DNA of 64,000 nucleotides, taken from positions 532,335 to 596,334 of the forward strand of contig JAKASQ010000001.1 of the NCBI GenBank assembly GCA_021828195.1. The letters are read 5' to 3'. The position numbers and the translations under genes are program-made. The notes under the pieces are model-generated. The model did no database searches, was not told the DNA's origin, and was given only the letters and a program-made list of their open reading frames with translations. Of the stretch, positions 28,416 to 37,446 are shown piece after piece. The stretch comes from Thermoplasmata archaeon. Lineage in GTDB: Archaea; Thermoplasmatota; Thermoplasmata; Lutacidiplasmatales; UBA184. Numbering within the stretch: position 1 is the first letter of the stretch; each line of letters opens with the position of its first letter.

Positions 28416-28802
28416 TCAGAGCGACTGCTCGACGATGCCGCCGAGCTCGCGGGTCAGGAGCTTGGCGATGTCCTCGCGCAGCTTCCTGCGCACCGACTCG
28501 GGCAGGGTCGACAGGCCAAGCCGGGCGGTACACGTTCCGACCTGGAGGAGGGCGGCGTACTCGAGCGCGCGCGCTTCGAGCAACTGACGGACCGAATCCC
28601 GCAGATCCCGGGCCAGCTCCGGGTCCTCCTTGAGGGACTTCTCGATGTGGCGGCGGATCTCGTCCTTGATGATGTCGCGGGTCGCATCGCGAACGATCTC
28701 CTCGGGGCGCAACAGGTCCCGGGTGCCCGCCAAGAGGACATCGATCGGCTCGCCGGAGGAGGAGCCTTCCGCCATCGAATGGATGAACAGGGGTCGGCCC
28801 AT
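28416..28802 (-). CDS. hypothetical small coiled-coil protein
   Basis: The internal ATG at 28802 gives 128 aa of Arg/Asp/Glu/Leu-rich helical sequence (...RDIIKDEIRRHIEKSLKEDPELARDLRDSVRQLLEARALE...). The track ORF upstream of it is a low-complexity run-on. Confidence 0.4.
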   Translation of the reverse strand: MGRPLFIHSMAEGSSSGEPIDVLLAGTRDLLRPEEIVRDATRDIIKDEIRRHIEKSLKEDPELARDLRDSVRQLLEARALEYAALLQVGTCTARLGLSTLPESVRRKLREDIAKLLTRELGGIVEQSL

Positions 28803-28872
28803 AAGCGTTGTTGTGGGCCGTGGCGGCGCACCCCGGCGTGGATCGACCTCGGCCCAACCCCGGTGGGCCTCC

Positions 28873-30132
28873 TCAAGCAAGCCGGTTGGGGGAGCGAGGC
28901 CCGGGGCATCCGCGGAGCGTTCGCGGGGAGACCGTGGCTTCGGGGAGGAGCTGGGCGATCGGATCGGAGGCCGCCAATGCGAGCAGGCTCTCGTCGCGAT
29001 GGGCGCCGGCGACCACCCCGATCCCGATCGGGCACCCTCCGACCTCCGCGAGAGGGAGCGCCACCTCGGGCAGCCCGGAGTGACCCGCGACCGAGTTGAG
29101 CGCGAGGGCGCGAGAATAGAAGGACGCCCGTTGGGCGAGCGAACGCCGGCGCGACAGTGCGATGCACGGGCTGGCCGGGAGCACCAAGGCCCGCCCGTTC
29201 CGGACGAGCGCCCGGACCCGACGCGCCACCCGGCGACGGAATCGCGTTTGCTTCGTAACCTCGGCTCGGGTGATCCGGCCGGCGAGCGCGAAGCGCTCGG
29301 CCGTTCGGGGCCCGAAGCGGGGGTGGGCCCGGCGGATCCAGTCGGCATGCTCCGACCAGATCTGAGCGCCTTGGAGCACGCGGTAGGCTTCGTACCATGC
29401 CGCCGGAAGGTCATCGTAGATCCGAACCTCGTCGGTGATCCCTAGCTTCTCGGCCGCCACCCGGAGGGTTCGCGCGGATCGCGGTTCCACCAGATCCCAC
29501 GCATCCGACACGAGCACGTACTGACGAGGGGGTTCCCCCTTCCCGATGGACAGCGCTCGGCCGAATCGCTGGAGGGTGCGACCGTCGCGCGCGAACCAGC
29601 CGACCGTGTCGTAGCTCGGGGCGAGCGGAGTCATGCCTTGTACGGGGAGCCGGCCGTGGGTAGGACGGAAGCCGAAGAGGCCGCAGAAGCTTGCGGGGTT
29701 CCGGACCGAGCCGCCCGTATCGGAACCGAGTGCTCCGTCCACCAGACCCGCCGCGACGGCGGCCGCGGATCCGCTCGACGACCCTCCGGGCAGTCGATTC
29801 GGGCAGCGAGAATTGATGGGCGTTCCATAGTGGAAGTTCGCCCCCTCCAGGCTGAACGCCAGTTCGTCGCAGATCGTCTTGCCCACCATACGAGCTCCCT
29901 GCTCCAGCCACCGCTCGACGGCCGGCGCCGTGGACCGCGCTGGTGCGTGCGTGGTCCGCCAATCCGGGTTCCCGCTACCGGTCCGCTCGCCGCGAATGTC
30001 CAACACGTCCTTGACGGCGAACGTTCGTCCGTTCAGCACTCCGCGTCCCGTCGGGGCACGGAGGACGCGCGGTCCCGGGACAAAGGCCCCGATCGGATCG
30101 ACACGGCGGTCGGGGCGGTTCGGATTGGGCAT
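28873..30132 (-). CDS. amidase (amidase-signature family)
   Basis: The amidase signature is present: GGSSSGSAAAVAAGLVDGALGSDTGGSVRNPASFCG. ATG at 30132 (MPNPNRPD). A GTG at 30195 would add 21 aa. Confidence 0.8.
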   Translation of the reverse strand: MPNPNRPDRRVDPIGAFVPGPRVLRAPTGRGVLNGRTFAVKDVLDIRGERTGSGNPDWRTTHAPARSTAPAVERWLEQGARMVGKTICDELAFSLEGANFHYGTPINSRCPNRLPGGSSSGSAAAVAAGLVDGALGSDTGGSVRNPASFCGLFGFRPTHGRLPVQGMTPLAPSYDTVGWFARDGRTLQRFGRALSIGKGEPPRQYVLVSDAWDLVEPRSARTLRVAAEKLGITDEVRIYDDLPAAWYEAYRVLQGAQIWSEHADWIRRAHPRFGPRTAERFALAGRITRAEVTKQTRFRRRVARRVRALVRNGRALVLPASPCIALSRRRSLAQRASFYSRALALNSVAGHSGLPEVALPLAEVGGCPIGIGVVAGAHRDESLLALAASDPIAQLLPEATVSPRTLRGCPGPRSPNRLA

Positions 30133-30297
30133 GCGGCGAATAAGGCGCGCCGGAGGAATTAGTCCTCGCTCCGGCGCGTAGAGCTCCCCGACCACGCCCG
30201 CGCGAGCCGGCGGACTCTTCCCCCGGCCGGTGAATTCGCTCCACGGAGACGGGAAGGCGAAAGGTCATTATTCCGGGGCCTCCCCCGTGGGTGCAAG

Positions 30298-32985
30298 ATG
30301 GGGGCCGAAGACCCTGCGGGCAAAGGTCACGGCTTGTCTCGCCTCCTCTTCAAGAACCGGCGACGTCGGCTCGTTCTGGGGGTGTGGATCATCATCCTGC
30401 TCGCCATCGTTCCGATGGCGGCGCTCTCCTCTCAGTACATCAACTACTCCTCCTCGGGCAACGGCGTCTCGGGGAGCCAGTCGCAGCAGGCGCAGAACCT
30501 CCTCGCGCAGGGCCACCCCCAGAACTCGACGCTGTTCGCCGTGGTCGCGAACTCGAGCGCGCAGTACCCGACTCCCCAGGCGTTCTGTTCCCAGGCCCAG
30601 TCGTTCGGCGCGGCGCTCGCCCTGAAGAACTACTCCCACTACGACTATACGGGCTCGATCTGCTACTCGGAAGCGACGCTCCTCAATGAAATCTACGGAC
30701 CCCATCGGAGCACGATCGTCGCGGCGCACTCCTCGTTCGTGAACTACTCCGCGGAAGTGTACGCGTTCCCCCAGAAATTCTACGCCGAGTGGGGGAACCA
30801 GAGCTACACCTACGCCGCGATCAACACCACGTACATCGACGTGGGCGGGCCGTACTCGAACTACACCGCGACCTTCAAGGCCAACCTCCTTCAGAACTAC
30901 TCGACCTCGCTCGCCCCGCTCTCCCAGGTCAATGCAGCAATCTTCTGGTCGGCACCGCCGAGCATCCCTTCGAGCGGCGAGGTGGGCATCATCGTCCTGG
31001 TCTCCGACCTCCAGAACTACACGCGCGCCTACGACCTCGAGACCTCGATCGGGCTCGTGCTGAACCCGGCGGGACCGATCGTGATCGCGCCGAGCGTAGT
31101 TGCCTCCTTCCTCCTCCCAGGGAACGGGGGCTGGAACTACGTCCTCGACAACGGCTGGACGGACATTCCGTTCCCCTTCGAGGACCTCTTCACCGCCCTG
31201 CGCACCCAGTACGTCAGCCCCGACGGGACCACCCAGATCCTGCTCGTCATCTTCAACGTCCCGGATTCCTACCGCGGTCCCGACAACACCTACCCGGCCC
31301 AGATCGCAACCCCGGGCGTCCGCACTCTCGCGACCGAGTACTTCGGCCCCGGCGCGGGGGTCACGGGAAGCGGAGCGATCAGCTACGATACCCAGGCGCT
31401 GACCTCCTCCTCGGATTTCCTCTTCGCCCTAACGTTCGTCTTCCTCGCGATCGCCGTGCTCATCACGCTGAGGTCCTGGGTCGCGCCGCTCCTGACGATC
31501 CTGTTCGTGCTGATCGGCACCCTATTCGGCGATGTGGCAATCTTCACGACGGGCCTCCTCTTCGGTCAGGTCGACTACCTCGTGACGTACACCCTCGAGG
31601 CGGTGACCCTCGGCATCGTCACGGACTATCTGGTGTTCCTCCTCTACCGCTACCGCGAGGAGGTACACCAAGGCGTCGACCCGCAGCTCGCGATCGAGCG
31701 GGCCACGGACACGGCGGGATTCGCCGTGCTCACGAGCGCCGTCATCGTCGCGGTCGGCCTCGGCGTCCTCAGCTTCATTCCCGGCCTTCCGAGCTGGGGG
31801 CCGGTGCTGTTCATCGCCGTCATGCTGATCGGCACCTGCGAGGCGACCTTGCTCCCCGTCCTGACGAGCTACATCGGACCGCGGATCTTCCTGAAGAAGG
31901 CCCGGACCCCCGGCCCGACGAACCCCATCGAGACCACCGGGTTCTACCGCGCCTCCCACTTCTCCGTGCGCCGACGCTACCTTGTGATCGCGCTCGTGGC
32001 CGTCCTCGCGATCCCGGCCATCGCGGTGGCGCTCACGGTCCCGACGACGTACGACGTGACCCAGGGCTTACCGTCCGGTCTGCCGAGCGTGCAGGCCCAG
32101 CAGCAGCTCGACTCCGCGTTCGGATCGAACCAGCTCTACCCGACGTACGTGCTCGTGCAGGATCCCTCCGGATACCTCCTCCCCAGCGGCCAGATCTCTC
32201 CCGCGGGCGCCGCGCAGTTAAACGCAACCGCGAGCCACATCCTCAGCTTCTCGGGCGTCAAATCGGCGATCGGCCCGTACGTCTCCGGGAATCGAACGAC
32301 CTCCGCCACGAAATCGGCCGCCACCACGTTCATCTTCGACAATGGCACCTGGGCGTACTGGGCGGTCTTCACGAACTACAATCCGTTCACCAGCCAGGCG
32401 ATGGACCTCGTCGGCCAGATGCGGTCGAACTCGAGCTGGGTCGTGGGAGGGGTCAGCGCGGCATCGCTCGACCAGAAGAACCAGAACAACATCGTCTACC
32501 CCGAGATCGAGATCCTGATCGTCCTGCTGATCGGAATCGTCCTCGGCTTCGCCTTCCGCTCGCTGTCCTACCCCATCATTTCCCTCACCGGAGTCTACAT
32601 CAGCATCTCGGTGACGGTCGTGCTCCTGTACTGGATCAGCACGTACGTCCTCGGTCAGTCGCTGATCTACCTCATCCCGCTGATCCTGTTCGTGATCCTC
32701 CTGTCGCTCGGGAACGACTACACTGTGTTCATTCTCAGCCGGGTCGTGGAGGAGCGAAAGCTTGCGGAGAAGAAGATCGCCATCCCGCGGGCGATCGCTC
32801 ACTCCGGGGTCGTCGTCACGTCCCTCGGACTGATCCTCGCCGTCTCGCTCGGTTCGCTCGGCCTTCAGCCCATCAGCTTCCTCGAACAACTCGGGATCGC
32901 GTTCGCGATCTCGCTCGTCATCGACACGTTCATTATCCGCCTGTTCTACTTCCCGGCGATGCTGGCGGTCTTCGCCCGCAAGTGA
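30298..32985 (+). CDS. MMPL/RND-superfamily membrane transporter with large extracytoplasmic domains
   Basis: 895 aa with two TM bundles. Contains the MMPL motif GTCEATLLP/DYLVFLLYRYREE and more than 10 N-x-S/T sequons in soluble loops. Confidence 0.75.
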   Translation: MGAEDPAGKGHGLSRLLFKNRRRRLVLGVWIIILLAIVPMAALSSQYINYSSSGNGVSGSQSQQAQNLLAQGHPQNSTLFAVVANSSAQYPTPQAFCSQAQSFGAALALKNYSHYDYTGSICYSEATLLNEIYGPHRSTIVAAHSSFVNYSAEVYAFPQKFYAEWGNQSYTYAAINTTYIDVGGPYSNYTATFKANLLQNYSTSLAPLSQVNAAIFWSAPPSIPSSGEVGIIVLVSDLQNYTRAYDLETSIGLVLNPAGPIVIAPSVVASFLLPGNGGWNYVLDNGWTDIPFPFEDLFTALRTQYVSPDGTTQILLVIFNVPDSYRGPDNTYPAQIATPGVRTLATEYFGPGAGVTGSGAISYDTQALTSSSDFLFALTFVFLAIAVLITLRSWVAPLLTILFVLIGTLFGDVAIFTTGLLFGQVDYLVTYTLEAVTLGIVTDYLVFLLYRYREEVHQGVDPQLAIERATDTAGFAVLTSAVIVAVGLGVLSFIPGLPSWGPVLFIAVMLIGTCEATLLPVLTSYIGPRIFLKKARTPGPTNPIETTGFYRASHFSVRRRYLVIALVAVLAIPAIAVALTVPTTYDVTQGLPSGLPSVQAQQQLDSAFGSNQLYPTYVLVQDPSGYLLPSGQISPAGAAQLNATASHILSFSGVKSAIGPYVSGNRTTSATKSAATTFIFDNGTWAYWAVFTNYNPFTSQAMDLVGQMRSNSSWVVGGVSAASLDQKNQNNIVYPEIEILIVLLIGIVLGFAFRSLSYPIISLTGVYISISVTVVLLYWISTYVLGQSLIYLIPLILFVILLSLGNDYTVFILSRVVEERKLAEKKIAIPRAIAHSGVVVTSLGLILAVSLGSLGLQPISFLEQLGIAFAISLVIDTFIIRLFYFPAMLAVFARK

Positions 32986-33049
32986 GTCCGCGCGCGCCCG
33001 GCGTGAGCGGGAAAGGGCTTATGGCGCGCTCGGCTTCGGCGGGGTCCGT

Positions 33050-33152
33050 GGGCCGGTAGATCAGCGGAAGATCGCTACCTTGGCAAGGTAGAGGCCGCGA
33101 GTTCAAAGGGAGCGGGAAGGAGCGCCCGTTCCGGAAACTCTCGCCCGGTCCA
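33050..33152 (+). tRNA. tRNA-Ala (anticodon GGC) with a predicted 31-nt intron (33108-33138) between positions 59 and 60 in the T-loop
   Basis: Acceptor stem GGGCCGG pairs with CCGGUCC and includes the G3:U70 Ala identity pair. Discriminator is A73. D-arm GAUC/AGCGGAA/GAUC carries G18G19. Anticodon stem CUACC/GGUAG has loop UUGGCAA. T-stem GCGAG/CUCGC has spliced loop UUCAAAU. The mature tRNA is 72 nt, and CCA is not encoded. Confidence 0.6.
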
Positions 33153-33186
33153 CTTCCCCCGACCGGCTCCTCAGCACATTCGACAT

Positions 33187-33927
33187 ATGACGATAGCATG
33201 GACGACAGCAGAGCTATCGATTTATACCCCGCCCGGGGTGGACCGGGGAATGGACGCCGAGATCCGCGAGAAGATCGCCGGCGAGGTCGTCCTCTCCGCT
33301 CATCCCGGCCGCACGCTGCGCAAGTGGCGGGAGGATTTCGACATCAGCCAGCGCGACCTCGCACGCCATCTCGAAACCGTGCCCTCGGTGATCAGCGACT
33401 ACGAGTCCGAACGCCGGGCGAGCCCCGGGGCGGGGTTCATCCGGCGGTACGTCCAGGGGTTGGTCGATCTGGACACCCTGCACGGCAGCCGGGTGGGCCA
33501 GCGCCTCGGAGCCCGGCCCCATTCGGAAGGCATCCTCGGGATGCGGGAGTTCTCGGTCGCCGTGCCCCTGAAAACCTTCGCCGAACGGCTGGACGCGAAG
33601 GCCGTGGGACGGGTCGGCCTCTCGCGCGACATCCACGGCTACACCCTGCTCGACGCGCCCCGCGCGATCCTGTCGATCGACGCGGCCCATTACGTCGAGG
33701 TCTACGGCTGGACGACCCAGCGCGCCCTCATCTTCGCGAACGTCCGCTATGGGCGATCACCGATGGTCGCCATCCGGGCGCACCCTCTCAAACCGGCCGC
33801 GGTCGTGTTCGCCAACCCCGGCCGCATCGACCCGCTCGCGATCCGCCTGAGCGAGGTCGAGAACATCCCTCTCCTCACCACCGCGCTCCCGGCGCCTACG
33901 ATCCTGGAGCGGCTCGAGGAGATGTAA
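33187..33927 (+). CDS. XRE/Cro-C1-type HTH transcriptional regulator with an uncharacterised C-terminal domain (possibly DRTGG-like)
   Basis: HTH: [35 protein letters not shown]. The C-terminal roughly 150 aa are of unknown function. The start may be M22 at 33250. Confidence 0.55.
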   Translation: MTIAWTTAELSIYTPPGVDRGMDAEIREKIAGEVVLSAHPGRTLRKWREDFDISQRDLARHLETVPSVISDYESERRASPGAGFIRRYVQGLVDLDTLHGSRVGQRLGARPHSEGILGMREFSVAVPLKTFAERLDAKAVGRVGLSRDIHGYTLLDAPRAILSIDAAHYVEVYGWTTQRALIFANVRYGRSPMVAIRAHPLKPAAVVFANPGRIDPLAIRLSEVENIPLLTTALPAPTILERLEEM

Positions 33928-33946
33928 CGCACGGAGATCGAACCAC

Positions 33947-34999
33947 ATGGAAGCAGGCATAGTGAGCTATGGGGCGTATGTGCCGCGGTACCGGATCACG
34001 CCGACCGAGATCGGGAAGGTATGGGGGGTCGACGGCGCGGGCATGGGCCAGGGGCTCAACGTCCACCGCAAGAGCGTACCGGCACCGGACGAGGACACGA
34101 TCACCATCTCGACGGAGGCCCTGCGCACGGCGCTGATCCGCGGAGCGATCGACCCCCAGGAGATTGGGGCCCTCTACGTGGGATCGGAATCCCACCCGTA
34201 CGCGGTCAAGCCGACCGCCACGGTCGTCGCGCAAGCGGTCGGGGCTACCCCGAACCTCACCGCGGCCGACTTCGAGTTCGCGTGCAAGGCCGGTACCGCG
34301 GCGATCCAGACCTGCCTCGGCCTCGTCGAGTCGCGGATGGTTCGATACGGCGTCGCGATCGGCTCGGACACCTCGCAGGGGGCACCCGGCGACGCGCTCG
34401 AGTACAGCGCGAGCGCGGGCGGCGCCGCGTTCGTGATCGGGCGCGAACGGGTCATCTGCTCCTTGCGCAAGACGCTCTCCTACACGACTGATACTCCGGA
34501 TTTCTGGCGTCGAGAGGGCGAACGGTACCCGAGCCATGGGGGCCGATTCACCGGCGAGCCCGCCTACTTCCGCCACGTCACCGAGTGCGGGCGTCGTCTG
34601 ATGGAGGACGTCGGGAGCACGCCGCGGGACTACGCGCACGTCGTCTTCCACCAGCCCAACGGGAAGTTCCCGCAGCGAGTCGGAAAACAGATGGGGTTCA
34701 CCGAGGAGCAGATGCGCCACGGGCTCGTCACACCTTACATCGGCAACACCTACTCCGGCGCGGCCCTGATCGGGCTCGCCAACGTCCTCGATTATGCCCA
34801 GCCCCACGAGCGGATCCTCATGGTCGGGTACGGTTCCGGCGCCGGAAGCGACGCCTTCGATTTCGAGACGACGGAGGAGATCGCCCGCTTCGACCGGGGC
34901 TACGGCCGCCCCGTCCAAGACTACCTCGACCATGGGATCGAGCTTCCGTACGCCGTCTACGCGAAGTTCCGCGGAAAGATCCACATGGGAGGCGGGTAA
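33947..34999 (+). CDS. hmgB: hydroxymethylglutaryl-CoA synthase (archaeal type)
   Basis: Thiolase-fold condensing enzyme: [17 protein letters not shown]...[13 protein letters not shown]...FHQPNGKFP. 350 aa. Confidence 0.85.
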   Translation: MEAGIVSYGAYVPRYRITPTEIGKVWGVDGAGMGQGLNVHRKSVPAPDEDTITISTEALRTALIRGAIDPQEIGALYVGSESHPYAVKPTATVVAQAVGATPNLTAADFEFACKAGTAAIQTCLGLVESRMVRYGVAIGSDTSQGAPGDALEYSASAGGAAFVIGRERVICSLRKTLSYTTDTPDFWRREGERYPSHGGRFTGEPAYFRHVTECGRRLMEDVGSTPRDYAHVVFHQPNGKFPQRVGKQMGFTEEQMRHGLVTPYIGNTYSGAALIGLANVLDYAQPHERILMVGYGSGAGSDAFDFETTEEIARFDRGYGRPVQDYLDHGIELPYAVYAKFRGKIHMGGG

Positions 35000-35001
35000 C
35001 G

Positions 35002-36171
35002 ATGCGCGAGGTCGCCGTTCTCGGCGCTGGACAGACGAAGTTCGGCGAACTGTGGGACCGATCCTTCCGGGAGATCGGCATCGAGGCCGGCCTCCAGGCG
35101 CTGGTGGATGCGAAGCTGGAGTCGGCCCAGCTCCAGGGCCTCTTCCTCGGCAACATGGCCGCCGGCCGCCTGATCGATCAGGAACAGATCGCCCCCCTGA
35201 TCCTCGACTACGCCGGGCTCGGGAATCGCAACCTCCCCGCCGTTCGGGTGGAAGGCGGAGGAGCCTCGGGCGCGCTCGCGCTGCACGCGGGATACCTCGC
35301 GGTGGCGAGCGGGCAGTACGATTTCGTGGTCGTCGGAGGGGCCGAGAAGCTGACGGACGTGCCGGACATCACCGGCAACCAGATCACCGATTCGGCCGCC
35401 GATCACGAGTGGGAGGTCGTCTTCGGCGCCACCCTTCCCGGCCTCTGGGCGCTTATCGCCCGACGCCACATGTACCAGTATGGGACTAAGCGCGAGGAGT
35501 TCGCGGCGGTCCCCGTCCAGGATCACGAGATGGCGGCCAAGAACCCCAACGCGCACTATCGCAACAAGATCACGCTGGAGCAGGTCCTCGGAGCCACGCC
35601 GGTCGCGCAGCCCCTCGGCATGCTCGACTGCGCCCCACTTTCGGACGGGGCCGCCGCGGTCGTGCTCGGCCCGATGGAGGTCGCGCGCAAGTACACGGAC
35701 ACTCCGATCCGCATCTCGGCGAGCCAAGTCGCGTGCGACACGATGGCCCTCCACCACCGACGCGACATTACGACGCTCGATTCGACCGCCGTCGCCGCCC
35801 GGCGCGCCTTCCAGCAGGCCCGGCGGACCCCGGAGAACGTACAGATCGCCGAGATCTTCGACGGCTATTCGATCGGAGCGCTCGTCGCCCTCGAGGACCT
35901 CGGGTTCGTGGCGAAGGGCGCTTCGGGCGCCGCCTTCGCTGCCGGCGAGTTCGGCCGCGGCGGCCGCGTGGTGGTGAACTCCTCGGGAGGACTGAAGGCC
36001 CAGGGGCGCCCCTTCGGAGCCGTGGGGGTCGCGCAGGTCGTCGAGCTGGTCCGCCAGCTCCGCGGCGACGCGAAGGACCGGCAGGTCGCCGGAGCGAACC
36101 TCGGACTCGCGCACGACGTGGGTGGAACGGGAGCTACGAGCGTGGTCCACCTGCTGGAGAGGACCAACTAG
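35002..36171 (+). CDS. acetyl-CoA C-acetyltransferase (archaeal thiolase)
   Basis: Internal ATG at 35002, 3 nt after the hmgB stop. Starts MREVAVLGAGQTKFGELWD. 389 aa. Confidence 0.85.
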   Translation: MREVAVLGAGQTKFGELWDRSFREIGIEAGLQALVDAKLESAQLQGLFLGNMAAGRLIDQEQIAPLILDYAGLGNRNLPAVRVEGGGASGALALHAGYLAVASGQYDFVVVGGAEKLTDVPDITGNQITDSAADHEWEVVFGATLPGLWALIARRHMYQYGTKREEFAAVPVQDHEMAAKNPNAHYRNKITLEQVLGATPVAQPLGMLDCAPLSDGAAAVVLGPMEVARKYTDTPIRISASQVACDTMALHHRRDITTLDSTAVAARRAFQQARRTPENVQIAEIFDGYSIGALVALEDLGFVAKGASGAAFAAGEFGRGGRVVVNSSGGLKAQGRPFGAVGVAQVVELVRQLRGDAKDRQVAGANLGLAHDVGGTGATSVVHLLERTN

Positions 36172-36180
36172 GAGGGTACG

Positions 36181-36672
36181 ATGTCGATTGCACGATTCTG
36201 GCGTGAGACGCCTCGCCGGTACAATCTCGGCGGATCGAAGTGCTCGATCTGCAGCACCGTGTACTTCCCGCCCCGCTCCGTATGCCCCACCTGTACTCAC
36301 CACCGCCGCTCGATCGGGAAGATGCAGCCGCTCCAGCTCTGCGGGGATGGAGAGGTCTTCTCGTTCTCCATCGTCCAAGACGCGGCCGAGGGGTTCGAGA
36401 TGCAGGTGCCCTACGTGCTCGCGCTCGTGAAGACGGTGGAGGGGCCGATGCTCACCGGGCAGATCGTCGACGTGGACCCGGCCGAGGTCAAGATCGGAAT
36501 GCCCGTCCACGCGATGTTCCGTAAACTCCGCGAGGAGGGACGCGCGGGCGTCATTCACTACGGCTACAAATTCGCCCCGTCGACCGCCGAGGACCGCCGG
36601 CCCCACCGCGGCGGCTCCCACGAGCCGTCCCCCATGGCGGAGCCTCCGGGGCGGAGCCGGGCCTCGGCGTGA
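36181..36672 (+). CDS. DUF35 OB-fold/zinc-ribbon protein (scaffold of the thiolase/HMGCS complex)
   Basis: Zinc ribbon CSICSTVYFPPRSVCPTC plus an OB fold. Conserved synteny after thiolase. Confidence 0.75.
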   Translation: MSIARFWRETPRRYNLGGSKCSICSTVYFPPRSVCPTCTHHRRSIGKMQPLQLCGDGEVFSFSIVQDAAEGFEMQVPYVLALVKTVEGPMLTGQIVDVDPAEVKIGMPVHAMFRKLREEGRAGVIHYGYKFAPSTAEDRRPHRGGSHEPSPMAEPPGRSRASA

Positions 36673-37427
36673 CGGATCGGACAACCTCCGTGGACGCGCG
36701 CGAGAACGAGGAGCCGCCGGCGGACGAGGAGCGGGCCCGGACGTATGCCGAGGGATTCGGCGAGGGAATCCGCACCGCGCTCAAGGACGTCCTCCAACAT
36801 GTCTCCCAAGGCTACACCGTCTCCGAGCTTCGCCTTCTCGTGCAGGGCCGGCTCGCGCGGCTCGGGGACGAGGTCGAGCTCAAACGACGGAGCATGCTCG
36901 GACCCCTCCGAACGCGCGCGGACGTCCTCTTCGCGAACGGGCCGCCGCCCCCGCGTCGCTGGTCGCCCGGCGGAGGGGCCATCCGCGTCGTCCCTCGCCA
37001 AAGCTACCTCGTCAACGAACCGCGGCCCTCCCGCGCCCTCGCGCTGGTCGCGGAGGCCATGGCGAACTTCCCCCGGACGATCCTGCTCTCCTTGCACCCT
37101 CCGGCGCTGCCCGGACTCCCCGCCGCGCGTCGCGTCGAACTCAACCTGACCTCGGTGAGCGGACCGGGCGAGGCCGCCCGCCCGATCCCGCTCGGCCAAA
37201 TCGGGGGCCGGCTACGCGAGGCGATGGCGGGAGGAGCCCTCGTCTATACCGACGCGCTCGACTTCCTGCTCGCCGAAGAGCCCACCGACACGATGGTTCA
37301 GTTCGCGGCCTGGCTCGCCGACGAGGCGCGCAGCACCGACTCGGCGGTCGTCGTATCGATCGACGCCGCGGCGCTCGATCTCAAGCAGTTCACCCGCATC
37401 CAGCGAACGTTCTCGACGCAGGCGTGA
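36669..37427 (+). CDS. hypothetical protein, DUF835-like C-terminal domain
   Basis: GTG start with GTGA overlap with DUF35. 252 aa. The C-terminal region pattern (...LVYTDALDFLL...AVVVSIDAAALD...) weakly resembles archaeal DUF835. Confidence 0.35.
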   Translation: MTDRTTSVDARENEEPPADEERARTYAEGFGEGIRTALKDVLQHVSQGYTVSELRLLVQGRLARLGDEVELKRRSMLGPLRTRADVLFANGPPPPRRWSPGGGAIRVVPRQSYLVNEPRPSRALALVAEAMANFPRTILLSLHPPALPGLPAARRVELNLTSVSGPGEAARPIPLGQIGGRLREAMAGGALVYTDALDFLLAEEPTDTMVQFAAWLADEARSTDSAVVVSIDAAALDLKQFTRIQRTFSTQA

Positions 37428-37446
37428 GCCGGAGGAGATCGCACCG

